NCBI GenBank assembly: GCA_964276515.1
Contig: OZ193909.1
Location: forward strand, 3,658,001 to 3,722,000
DNA length: 64,000 bases
Source: Gordius albopunctatus
Taxonomy: Eukaryota
Direction: 5' to 3'
The first letter of the stretch is position 1, and each line of letters starts with the position of its first letter. The translations under genes and the position numbers were made by a program. This document shows, piece by piece, positions 23,591-36,700 of the stretch. Under the pieces are notes generated by a model. The model was not told the DNA's origin, ran no database searches, and worked only from the letters and a program-made list of their open reading frames with translations.

Positions 23591-24894
23591 TTAATCCAAT
23601 TTTGTTTCAATAATAGTAGTCCAGCCACCACTAAATACGCGATTTATTAAACCATCAGTTTGTATTTTGGGCAATTTAGTATATTCAGGCACCTTAAAGT
23701 TATCTGTTGGTAGGTTTAGTTGACCATATTTATTCCACCCGCAACCATATAACTCACCAATATCTGTAATTAGTACACAATTTAATAAAAAAAATTTAAA
23801 TACATGAACGATAAATTTTGTCTCAACAAATATAAGGTATTTTATATGCCTTTCAATAACAAAAGTTTTGATAAAAGAGTACAAAAAATATATAATTTAC
23901 AAATTTTTTGATTTAAAATTTTTGTTAAAAACCTGTTAAAGCAACTGAGTGACGAGAGCCACATGCTATTTGGGTAAAAATTGTATCCTCATCTATCACT
24001 ATAGGATGAGGAATAGTTTGTATAGAATATTTTAAGTCATCATGTGGTATATCACATATATTACAATCTTTACATAGGCCTAATTGCCCACTTTCATTCC
24101 AACCCCACATATACATATCACCTGTATCTTGAATATATATAAATTTTAATAAATCATATAACTTACCTGAACTGTTACATATTAATTCAAGTAAATATTA
24201 CTACCTGTTAAAGCAGAATTATGCCAACCACCTGAGGCTATTTTAATTACATTTAATCCAGATAAAGCCTCTAACTTTTGTGGGTAATCATAGCCCTGAA
24301 AGTCACCTAATCCCAATTGCCCATGCCTTAAAAATAAATCAAAAACATAAATTGATTACTTATTACTTCCAAAACTATAAATTTCAGAATTTGTTAGTAG
24401 AAACAACACATGTTCTTTCCCACAGGAAACATATTTAATTGATGGGAGGGTGTAGGTTACACAATTATTTGACAATAAATCAACCTTGTTTTTATAAATA
24501 AACAAAGTGCTTATGCCCAAATATTATTAGTAAGCATTAGCTTACTTATTTTCTTTAATCAATAATAAAAATTGATCTGTTGAATGTATGCTTGAAAAGT
24601 TAACAAATTTATTACAAACACTAATAGAACCGAATTCATCAACAATTATAACTTGCGACAAGTCATTAAGTATATATAAATCATTTTTAAATCTAGTTAA
24701 TCCTTTAATTGATTCTTTGGACTTATAATTGTAATATAATGAATTTATCACATTATCTATTATATTAAAATATTAATTTTAATAAATAAGCAATTACTTT
24801 TTAAATTTATTAGGTCATCCGTGTATATCAATACATTGTCATAGACAATTCTATTATTAAAGTCGCACTTTAAGGCGCCAAAGCAATGATACAT
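23591..24894 (-). CDS. RCC1-repeat protein (RCCD1-like), 6 exons
   Basis: Manual splicing gives an open frame from ATG 24894 (MYHCFG) through VSCGKEHVLFL..IYSFGSNKHGQLGLG..IASGGWHNSALT..MYMWGWNESGQLGL..IACGSRHSVALT..LYGCGWNKYGQL..GGWTT to stop 23591. Five GT-AG introns of ~41, 36, 33, ~77 and ~166 nt. Confidence 0.88.
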
Positions 24895-25723
24895 CTAAGC
24901 ATGATTTTAATTTAAATTGCGTTTTACGTAGGCTATGGCTACACTTACCATTTTTCCTAGTATGCGCATCCATTTTCAAAAATGCTTTTCTTATAGTTAG
25001 AATTACACACACGTTTGGTAATGTGTTTGTTCAGCTAGCAAAAATAAAAATTTGTCAAACAACATGGATGAAAGATGTAAAAAACTTTTTAAGGGTGCAG
25101 CCTTAAACACTCTAAGTTTCATATTACTTATAAAAAGTAACTTTTTAATCTTAAAATTAGGTATAGAAAATGAAAAAATGGTGAATATTAAGTTCTTTTT
25201 ATAAAGAATCATGTTCAAAATATCGACAGTTTATAATACTGACAGCATAACAAATTAGACATTATTTCTAAAATAAAAATTAGCAAAAAATATATGAACA
25301 TATGCAGGCGCGTAGCCAGGATTTTCTCAAGGGGGGGGGGATTTCAAAAAAAAATTTATAGCATTTTTATTTCAACAACAAAAATATAAATTCAAAAAAT
25401 ATAAAATTTGCATATAAAATAAAAAGAAATTTATTATAAAATAATTTTATATTTTCTTTTCCTCATTGAAAAAATATTAAGAAATTCCTACTCCCGATGA
25501 ATTGTCAATAAAGCCAATCCATTTAATCTATTATTAGACATGGTATTTCTAATGTAAGTTTTTAGCCTCCTCAGCGTTGAGAAGCTTAGTTCATTATTAC
25601 ACGTTGTGATTAGAAGGCAGGCTAATAGATATAGAAGGGTCGTTATATTTGGTAGGGATTTTAATATATTATGTTCGGATAAGGCGTTTAAAGGATTCTT
25701 TGGACGAGATCCTGCTGAGATCT

Positions 25724-28700
25724 ATACCATAGACTGCCGAACAGCTGATAATTCAGAAGTAACTATTAAAGCCGCCATGCTTGTGGAAATCTTTAACTGC
25801 GTATAGAACTTAGCGTAATGTATTTTGTTCTATTTTACTACATTTTATTTTAAATTTATAAATTAAGTTACTAAATCATAAAAAAACATTTAGTAAAGAA
25901 AAAATATAATTAAGGAAAGAGAAAACACCATTGTTTTTGAATTTGAAAAATATTTTAAGAAAAAACGAATATTTTACGATTTAGAATGATAAAGAGAAAT
26001 ATAAATATAGCGCCATCTATAATATATTTTATTTGAAGTATTAATCAAAAAAGATACAATTTTACATAAAACGATACCGGGCATCATGCAAGATTTAACA
26101 AGTAAATATATATTAATAAATTAACTAATTGTGAATAAAAAAAATTACTGTCCCGTAAAAATAATAGTTTTATTTAATTTTTGCCTAATGTTACTTTTAA
26201 ATTCTTGGTTAGAAATATTGCAAAAATTATGAAATAAAATTTTGCTATATGTATTAACTATTAATTTAACTAATAATTGTAAATGATTTAGAGAGCCTAC
26301 TTCCTGATCAACAATATGATTATTTAAAGATGAAAAAATGTTAGATCCAATTAATGAATGAAAAATCTTAATTTCTATTATAAATAAAATGCTTTTAGAA
26401 AAAAGTTTATTTTTATTTTTTAAAACTTGAAATATTAATTGGGTATATTTGCAAATCTTAATAACATCAGTGGACGGGACAATTAGTCCACCTTTGTTTT
26501 TTAAATTAATTAATAGATAATCTAAAGATAAATGGGGTTGACAATTAATTAATGATTTAATACAAATTTTACAAGTTACTTTTTTGCGCAAAATCATTTG
26601 CCTCACAATGTATCCACCGATATAAGAAGAAATACAGGAAATATAAGGTGAAATTAAATTGATATTTATTTCGGCGTAATTTATATCTTCTAGTTCATTC
26701 AAATCCTCATTAGGCTCGATAAAACTTGCATCAGCAATAGATGTTGCATCCTGCGGAGAAGAGTTTCCGGAGAAGGGGTAATATATTTTAGTTAAAAAAA
26801 TTTTGTTTAATGCTTGACACAATTGTGTAGCCGAAGGATTGTTATTGTTATAACCTCGGGCCCTGATTAACCCAAAAAAACTTTCTAGGTGGTCTTGGGA
26901 AAGTTTATAAGTCAATAGATACCTAAGTTTTTATAAATGGTTAGAATAAATATAATTACTTTAGAGGAGGTTCGGTCTTGACCAAAAGATCAGATGCAAG
27001 CAATTGAATTGCTTGCATATCTATTAACATCCCTAAAATTCCTATTTTTTTATTTGATTGTATAACAGGTCTTCCGTCTGGAAGGCACAAACTTCGCAAA
27101 TATTTTGCACAATTAAAATAAAACTCATTTAAGTTAGCTAAGGATTCCTTGTATAAAGGCTTTTTATTGCCCTTATGCAGAGCATTCCGTGAATTAAGGG
27201 TATCAAATAGTCTTAAAGATAAATTAGTAACAAATTAATAATCATACTGATTCATTATAAGGACAAACTCAATAGTTGCCTGGCAATCCTGGAATGAGAC
27301 AGGATCTATATCCCTGGCAAATTCCATAGCATTCGCGACAGATTCTGAAAAGAGCTGTGCTGCAAGTTTTACCTTCAATAAGTTTATTTAAATGATATAA
27401 AAACCAACCTTCATCCTTTGATTATGAAAATAGACATGCTGTTTGGTAAGCTTGTTAGCTGCTCTCATCCCTTGTTGTTGTTGTAATTGATACAACCTTA
27501 CAACAAATTTCCATTCAATTCTCTATCAAACATATATATAATTTAAATAAATATGAATAAACCTTTCCCTCATAATTTACAAGATAGTCGACTTGCTCAA
27601 ATAAATTTCTGACTAGTTTGAGCATATGGCATGCATCAAACATAAAATATATTTTTTCAGTGGTACAGGTGGGGTTTATGAAATAAGGACGCAGAGATTC
27701 AACATCAAAGGATACCTGTTGATAAATTTAGTTTTACAAAAAATCAGATATTGTATTTTAAAAAATGGTAAGCAATGAATAAAAAATTAAATGTAGTAGT
27801 GAAATTTAATTTGATATTTCAATCAACTTAAATTTAACAAACAGGAAATAAAAATATTAATCAATACATGTACTAAGAGCTTGTGTAAATAAATTGCATA
27901 CCCCCAAATTTTCTGCCATCCTTTTGTTGGCTGATAGTCCGTCACAGGTCAGATTTTTGCAAATGACCCCACAATCTTTTAACAGCTCTAGTGTATCTTT
28001 TATCAGGGTTACTTGTAACTGGGCAGTGACACTACCCACAAGGAAATACCCAAGGGGTATCTTCCAGTGGCCATTAATGGCAACTGCCATTATAAATAAA
28101 GCACTTTTGGCTTCTGGGAGCAAATTTGATGGTATCCCCTGGCCTACGTCCACACACCTAAAACATATTTAAAAAAAAAATTTAACTCCTTGATACCCTT
28201 CAAAGCCTTTTTTATAATCTAGATGGCGTCTGATGGCCATTTCATCTAATGTCAGGGAAATATATAGTTGATATGTTACATTGGCTTGTAAATCTTTTAA
28301 TATATTAAAAGCTTCTTTTAAAAACCCTGAAAATAAAATATATAGATTTTGAAAAAAATTGTTAACATATATTATAAGCATTCTACACATAAAAGATATT
28401 TAAAATGTATATGTACCTGGCTTTATGTTGTCATTTACACACCATTTTCTAATAGAGCTCTCCGTTGGCATACAAATGACACTCCGAATATACTTGTAGG
28501 CTTGAGGTGAGTAGTAATGAAGGGTTATTGCGAATCTTTTCATTTCTTCAGAATAAGCTTTGTTTAAGGGATTATAAACACCACCAGATTTCAAGTGTGT
28601 ATTTAGTATTGAAGTCAGAGGAGTATCACCAAAATAATTGGTAATAATATCACCCCCTTCTCCTGGAATTAATGCTTTGCTCTCAAGATGAGCAGCCAAA

Positions 28701-29666
28701 TCTTTAAGAGTCTTGAGTTTCTTTAATTGGCGATAATTCTTATTTTTTAGAGTTTTCACAGTTCTTTTTAAATACTTTATAAGCATGTCCCTTCTCCTTT
28801 CTTTCTTAAAACTCATTGCATATGAATGATCTTGCATTACTAAAATAAATTTTAATGAAAATTTACAAATTAAAATTACTTGTATTTAATGTTTTGCTCA
28901 TTATCTTGGGGAAGATATTTAAGATCTAAATTTATGATTTTATTATATGTTTATATATTATAACGATAATATACAGTTTATAAAATAACAGGAAAAAAAT
29001 ATGATAATGTATCTAATTATTTACTTGCTTTGGGGGAACATTTGTTACATCTGTTAATCCTGATGACTGATCTAGTTGAATTTAATTCTGATTTAATATT
29101 TACCTTGAATAAATTTTGGGATGGCTCGGTATTTCCTTGATCTAGAGACTGATTCAATAAAGTCTGGCATAGCTCAGTATTTCCACGATCAAGAGACTGT
29201 TATAGTTAAATTGTATTAAGATTTAATAATTACTTCTAACAAATACAGAGATGGCACCGATGGCACAATATTTTCTTTGAGATAATTTTTACTTCTATTT
29301 TTAATAAAATCCTGGGGTTGAAAGTGCTTACTGCATATACTTGAATGTTGTTTCAATTTAAATTTAGGGCCCATCAATTTAATCCATTTGGACAAAATCT
29401 CTGGATCTTTTGGAAATCTAAAAATATACATAAATTTATTTATAATTACTTATGAAATGACAGACTTTTGCTATTTTCTTTGTTAAGGTAAGATATGCAG
29501 TTCTTTACTGAGCAAGACCTCATATTCCTAAAAAATTTGTTTTAAATTTATCAATTTTAATTTTACCTTAATTTCAAGAATTTCCTCTTGGGCGACTTCC
29601 TAGGTTACTTTTTTATATTAATGTAAAAAACAGCTGTTCGGCAGTCTATGGTATTATTAGTCTATG
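25724..29666 (-). mobile_element. P-element superfamily DNA transposon
   Basis: Perfect 24-bp inverted repeat ATACCATAGACTGCCGAACAGCTG at 25724-25747 and 29631-29654, enclosing a THAP transposase. Interrupts the hAT reading frame. Confidence 0.9.
26145..29523 (-). CDS. THAP-domain P-element (THAP9-like) transposase, multi-exon, apparently intact
   Basis: MRSCSVKNC..FHKFPKD..W..ICSKHF..IVPS (THAP); DHSY; YYSPQAYKYIR; LDEM; TCDG; FDACHMLKLVRN; MKVKLAAQLFSESVA; LSQDHLESFFG..RARG.NNNP; KGGLIVPS. About 11 GT-AG introns, most 32-42 nt. No internal stop found in the manually spliced core. Confidence 0.88.
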
Positions 29667-32600
29667 GGCCATATACCAGATATTGAATTCTGCTATGAGA
29701 TCTTCATTACTCCCTTGGAGATCATTTGCATAAAACTCCGATAGAAAATTTATTTTTAATCGCGTTACTGGTGAAACAATAAAGGAATTTCGGGGAAATA
29801 AAATTTCGAAATTTTCCAAAACTAGTTTCTTGTCCAGAGACCGTTTATTCAATTTGGTAACAAAAATATCGTGTAATGGTATAAATACAGTAATTTTGTA
29901 GTATTCTTGAATGAATTCAGTATTAATGTTACTTCTACAAGTTTGTTTTTTTGCAAACCGAGGATTTTTGAGCTCGAAATCATACAACTTGGCCTTGTCT
30001 TCAGCGACTAAAAAAACTTGTTGAAACTCTTCATCAACGTTGTTTCTGATTAATTTAATTTGATCTACTAAAGTCTCCGCCAACTGTGTAACTTGTTGAA
30101 GATCCAAGTCACTTTTTTGCAATTGCTTGCATAAAATAGATGTGTAGCCAAATAGTTTATTCATGCATAAAAGGGAAATTAAATATTCTGACTGCCGTAG
30201 AGAAGTGAGCAACGTTGCATCTTCTGTTGCAACAGCGTGGTCATAACAGGTTGAAATTTTTTCCAATGCCGGATATATGCCATCTTGAAATAAAATATGG
30301 GTGGAAACGGCATCGTACCGTGATGCCCAGCGGGTCGCACACACTTGCTTTAATTTTTCTATAGGAGGTTTGTCTTCCAATTTTGACAACATTTCAATAA
30401 GAACCTGACGACGTTTCGGATATTTAAAAACATCGTAAACTTTAGGAACAATCCCTATTAAAAAAATATATTTTAAATATAATCTATATATTACCCATGC
30501 AATTCCGTATAGTGGGAATGGTGCAAGCATCTGATAGAGCTAAATTTAACGAATGTGAGGCACAATGAACATACAATGCCGTTGGGTATGTTTTCATTAT
30601 GCATGCTTGAACACCGTTAAACTTCCCGCTCATATTCCGGGCCCCATCACAGCCCTGACCTCTTAACAAATTTATATTAATATTTATATCCTTTATGTTT
30701 TTGATAATTAAATCTCCTAGCCCCTTTCCTGTTGTGTCAATAACTGGGATAAATTGCAAAAAATTTTCTTTTATGGCTAACGTTGAAGTATAAATATAAC
30801 GGGCGCAAAGGGACATTTGCTCTACCCCTGCAATATCCATAGATTCATCACAGAGAATCGTGAAAAGGGAGATTTGTTAATTTCATTGACTAATTTATTG
30901 AGGATTAATTCATTACAAATGGTTATAACCTCATTTTGAAAATGAGGACTTAGGTAAAGGGCATTTTTCAAAAAGTCTGAAAGTACTGGGTCCCCATTAG
31001 CCCAGTATCTTAAGAGGGCCCTAAAATTACCGGAATTATTATTTTGTACATCAGATTTAATAGGTCCAGAATCTTTATGGCCTCTTAAGGCCAATCCTTG
31101 AATCCCCAATGTCAAAATAGTATCAATGATGGGAGCTCTCTTTAATCGATTTTCTTTAGCTTGCGTTTTGCGCTGGGAGTCCAATTGAGTTATGATACAA
31201 AGCTTTTTCCCATCTCTAATTGATTTTAAAGATATGGCTGTCTGTATTGAGTCTATGTGATATGAATTTTTTTCGTGTAAATTAAAAATTTCCGTAGCAT
31301 CTTTCCATCTTCTGAATGGTTCAGAAACTAGCCCCTTCAACTTTTGTTGCCCCTTTCCACCAAATTTTAGGCGAAAAAGTACGCATGTTTTACAGAATAC
31401 CCCATTTTCATTTGGCGAATAGACAAGCCAGCTCCATTTCTGAAACCAGGAGTATTGAAATTTTAATTTTTTAGAGTGCTATCACGAGGAAAATTGAACA
31501 AAATGGTTTGATAAATCTTATCCTCTTCAATATTTTTATTATTTACATATAAACTTATGTCATAGGGGAAAGGGTCGTTTGAATCTAAATTTAATTATTT
31601 AAAAAGATTTAAAATACAAAATCGACTTTTCATAAACTTAGAAAATATGTATAATTATAAATACCATTTGGTTTGATTATTAAAGGTAAAATGCCAGTCT
31701 CAATAGTATCTTGTGATAAATTATGTTGGCTAACTTCTATAAGTATAAAATACATAAATAATATAATAAAAAAAGTCTTTAAGAAATTATAGATTAAACT
31801 AACATGATTTATTTTTATAAATATAAATAAATTTTCACAAAAATAATATATAGCGGAAAATTTCATTTTTTAAATTTTTTTTATCAAATGTATAAATAGA
31901 AAGAGCATTAAATTATTATCACTTAATAATAACAACATAAATCATTATAATTAATTATTCTTAATCTTAGAATAACAAATTACCAGCTATGGTGTCGGAA
32001 GATTTTTGGGGAAATAATCGTGAATTTTCATTTTGCAAGTGAACAATTGAAAAAGGAAAAAGACAATAATGGTTCATAGTTTTTTGGTCGAAATTTAATT
32101 CAAAAACGGAAAATAATATTTACTTAATTTATAATTAAAAATAAATTAATAAGTGTTTTACTTAGTCATTTATTGTAACAATAAAATAAAAACTTTGAAT
32201 CTAAAAAGTTTTTATAATTTTTGCCAAGGGGAGGGGGAATACTTAATATATTCAATACTAAATTATATAATTAATAAATACAAGTTAGTTTAGTAAAGGG
32301 TGGTATATAATTAAGTGTATATAATAAAATATATGTAATAATATAAAAGCAATTTCTACATATTTAATATATTAAATACTAAATTATATAATTAACTAAT
32401 ACACATAATTTGGTATGGGATAGGTATAATTAAGCAATATATAATAAATTTAGGTATTATATAAACGATATCATCCGAGTGCTATCTCATGCCTCTAGAT
32501 TCTTGTTTACAAGTTAATTAATGGAATATTTAAAATGGTAATTGATATAGTTTGAAAGTATAATCTCAGCTTAAACACATAAAAGATTTGCTAAAGTTTT

Positions 32601-33779
32601 TTTCTACTTTAATAGAAAACATATTAAATTTTAAAAGGGCAATCTCTCTAGCCATTAGATTATAGAAGATATTCTTACAATTTATGATGCTATATAACTT
32701 AATTAGGTCCTTAAAGATTGTAAAGGGATCATTAATATGATTAGTATCAATGTGCATGTGAATCTATGATCATTTTTATTAAGTTTTTGCTATTATTTTA
32801 AAGAAAATTTATTTATCCCTGAATCACTAACTATATCTATTTTATTTTTATCTACCTCAACTAATGTTTACTTATTGATGTACTGTTATATTGATATATA
32901 AGATGATTGATGGATGAAACTCTTACATCAATTTTTACATTTAATGCTTACAAAAGAGCCTAGAAAAAAAATGCTTTAAAATCTTCTTGTTTTAAAAAGG
33001 TATTATTAGAAAATATTATAGAAGGTTGTGAAAATCTGGTAACTATCCATAAACTTTTTAAGAATGTTAAAAATTTTATTTTTTACCAAACTTAATTTCA
33101 AGAAATATCAATAATTTAGACTTTATAGCATTTCAAACTTTAAACTCTTATCTCAGCTCAGTATTTTGTGCAATCTTTTGCCAGAGATTTTAAATTAAAA
33201 GTTTCACATTTAAAAAGTAGTACTTTTGCAAATCCCAATTTATTTTAAGACTTTCATATGTCTATGCTGACTATATTGCTACTTAACATACATTGTAGAC
33301 TTTTATTTGGTATAACTATTGTCAGTATAATGACTTGACTTGTGTCTCATTCATGTAAAATATTAGAAATACTAGGCAAATTTATAATAAGGCAAGGATA
33401 TGCCATTCAGACTATGAAGCTGTTGAAGGGCAAGAGGCCTCTTTTGACTTGTCATATATAGGCATGAGGAGTAATACAAGAGTACTCCCCCTTTTTGGGG
33501 CCTAAGATATTCTGGGCAAGCCATTAGGTTAATAAATATAAATTAATTGAATCTTAGATAAAAATACATATTTTGTGAAGATGAATAGAATAAATGAAAA
33601 AAAATAAGTAGTATAAATATAAAGAAAAACCTCTGTCCATTTGAAACATCCATAATTTGTGGATTATCAGTAGGTATCAAACAGCTTTCTTTGATTTTTA
33701 GGAGTGGCCACATTTTGCTGATATAAAAAAGATCACAAAAATTCAAGACTACAATACTTTGTGGCTGTCCTTGCCTAAC

Positions 33780-36700
33780 TAAAACTGTAGGCAGTATTCT
33801 CCGATAGTTGGTAGAAACACCTATTGACTATCTCTTTAGTTTCCATAACTTTATTGACTTGTCCATTCCACGTGACACGGGGTCGTCCTCTTCCTCTCTT
33901 CCCCGGTACCTCCATTTCCAGTACATTTCTATTTACGTCATCCGTATCCCTCCTTAGTATATGCCCATTACACCTTAGCCGATTTTCGTTAATCATGTCC
34001 GCCATAAATTGAATACTTATTTTTGTCAAGAGAGAGTCATTCATCATATGGTCGAGTTTAGTATACCCCAAGCTCCACCGTATCATTCTCATCTCCGTGG
34101 CTTGTAATAGCTTTCCTTCCGTGGTGCTTGATGCCCATGTTTCACTTCCATAGAGTAACACCGGTCTTACGATAGATTTGTAAGCTTTGCACTTCAACCA
34201 TATTAACATTTTCTTGTCGCAAATTACACCGGATATACTTCGCCATTTAAGCCATCCTTTTTGGATCCGGGAAACAGACGCGCATGGTGCAGTTGCAGTA
34301 TACAACATCTCCTACCCCCTTAAGTTATTCCATATCTTTCTATAGGTTTTCGGATTCGTGTAGATCGCCGGACCGTTATTTCGGGTGAGGGTATAGGTGA
34401 ATGAGGGGAGTCCATACGAGGGGGTAGAGGTGAGGGCAGGGGTGGAATGAAAACTAGCATATTATCGCTAGCTTCATCATGTGGTAGGTTAGGCTGTTGC
34501 GGGATGGTGGCGTCAAGTAAATCACTGTGTTCATGTTGTGGTAGATCACCCGGTATTGCGTGTGAAATGTCAGCCCATCGATCCTCATCCTTTAGCGTGT
34601 TTGCGTCATCTAAAGATTTTCTAATATGATCACCATGTATCTTCCATAATGCTCCATTATCCATTTCTACCATGTACGATACAGGGCCTAAGATTTTTAC
34701 TATTTTTCCCGTTGCCCATAATTTATCATTAGTTGTGAAAGTTCTAACCCACACTCTATCTCCAATTATAAATTTCCGTTTGATGGGTGCCAACTCGTCT
34801 TTGTCAAGACCAGTTACATGTGGGTTGAGTAAATTCAATGGACCGATTGGTTGTATTTTGATTAATAGATTGGCTGGAGTTAATCCAGTTGTTGGGTGAA
34901 TGGTATTCCTATAAGAAAACAGAAAGTTATATAATTTATCGTTTTTAAAATTTTTAGTTTTGTTCAAGAACTCCTTAAATGTTCGAACAAAACGTTCAGC
35001 TTCTCCGTTGGATCGAGGATGATACGGGCTGGAATATGCGTTACGAATTTTATTTGTTTTGCAGTATGTTTTAAATTCGGTGTTTGTAAATTGAGGCCCA
35101 TTGTCTGTAGCCAAGGTGCTAGGTACTCCGAACCTCGAGAAAATAGCTTCGAGAGCGTTAATAGTGCTTGATGTTGTTATCGTTGTCATAGGGATCACCT
35201 CGGGCCATTTACTGTAGGCGTCAATTACAATTAGGTAATAATACCCATTAATTGGACCGCAAAAATCGGCATGTAATCTAGATCATGGTTTTCCCGGGTT
35301 TTCCCATTTTTGCGTTGCTAATTCGGTTGTGCCAGTAAACCATTGTTGACAATCCGAACAGTTTTGAACATAACCTTCTATATCTTCATCAATACCTGGA
35401 TACCAGAGATGTTGACGAGCCAAAATCTTTGAACGACTCATGCCTGGGTGTCCTAAGTGGATTCGTTTCAAAATGGTTTGCCTTAATCCTTGAGGAATAA
35501 TAATTCTGTATCCCCAAAATATGCAACCTTTTAAGGTGGTGAGTTCTCTTTGCCGTTGTTGGTAAACTACTAGATCTGGAGTAACTTTTTTCGGCCAGCC
35601 ATGGAGTATATAGTTATAGACTTGTCCCAGGATAGGATCTTTACGAGTATGACGCTCTATGTCGGCGGATGTAATGGGGAAAAGTTGGAATGGTTCTTCA
35701 TAAATGGTGTGTATATCATCTTCTTCTCCTTGTTCTAGCGTTTCTTCAGATTGTATCGGAAGCCTGGATAACATATCAGCTTGTGTATTTTCCTTGCCAA
35801 TTTTGTATTTTATGGTATAATGATAAGGTGTTGTTAACAAGGTCCATTTCTGAAGTCTTGCTGACATGCCTTGTGATATATTTTTATTCGGGTTGAATAT
35901 TGATATTAATGGTTTGTGATCTGTAAGTAAGGTAAAATGGAGGCCATATAAATATTCCTTAAATTTATTAAAAGCATAAATGATGGCTAAAGCTTCTTTT
36001 TCAATTTGGCTATAATTTCTTTCACCAGCGTTAAGGGTGCGGGACGCAAAAGCAATAGGGTGCTGATAACCTTTAATTTCGTGGGAAAGTACTGCGCCGA
36101 GTCCCTCAGATGAAGCATCCGTTGAGAGTATTAGCGGTAACTCGGGGTCAAAATGTTTTAATATCGGCGCCTTGATAATGGCTTTTTTAATGTCATTGAA
36201 TGCATTTGTACAGTCTATGGACCAATTCCAAGCTACTGTTTTCCTTAGCAGTTTATAAAGAGGTTGTGCTAAAAAAGAGAAATTTTTTATGAATTTCGCG
36301 TAGTATGTTCCCATACCTAAAAAAGATTGTAATTCTTTTATTTTAGTTGGGGCTGGTGCTGCTAAAATTGCTTTAGTATTCTTGTCAGTGGTAAAAATTC
36401 CGTCTTTACTAATGGTATGTCCTAAATATTCCACTTTTTTTTCCAAAAATTTACACTTGCCTAATTTTAGTTTTAGGCCTGACTTTTCCAATTCTTTAAA
36501 AACCTTTTCCAATTTTTTATTATGGTCCTCTACTGTCTTACCAGCTATCATAATGTCATCTAGGTAAACTACTATTCCCTTATTATTTCTAAATAATGAA
36601 TCCATAAATCTTTGAAAAATAGCAGGGGCCGAGGCTATGCCAAAAGGTAATTTAGTATATTTAAAAAGGCCCCTATGCGTATTAATTGCTAACAGATTTT

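Larger units (their letters stand above)
25305..32240 (-). mobile_element. hAT transposon (ZMYM1/P52rIPK-like transposase), degraded, split by a P element
   Basis: ORFs 30822-31340 (LALRGH, GNFRALL), 30484-30840 (DGARNMSG, VHCASHSLNL) and 29646-30530 (TRWASR). The C-terminal dimerisation motif resumes at 25720-25490 (ELSFSTLRRLKTYIRNTMSNNRLNGLALL). TIR-like CAGGCGCGTAGCCAGG at 25305; the other end was not found. Confidence 0.88.

Noticed and set aside
24168..24172. Possible 5-nt microexon (ag|TTCAG|gtaagt) in intron 4 of the RCC1-repeat gene
   Set aside because: Inclusion would frameshift; direct splicing gives the expected SALTDTGDMY.
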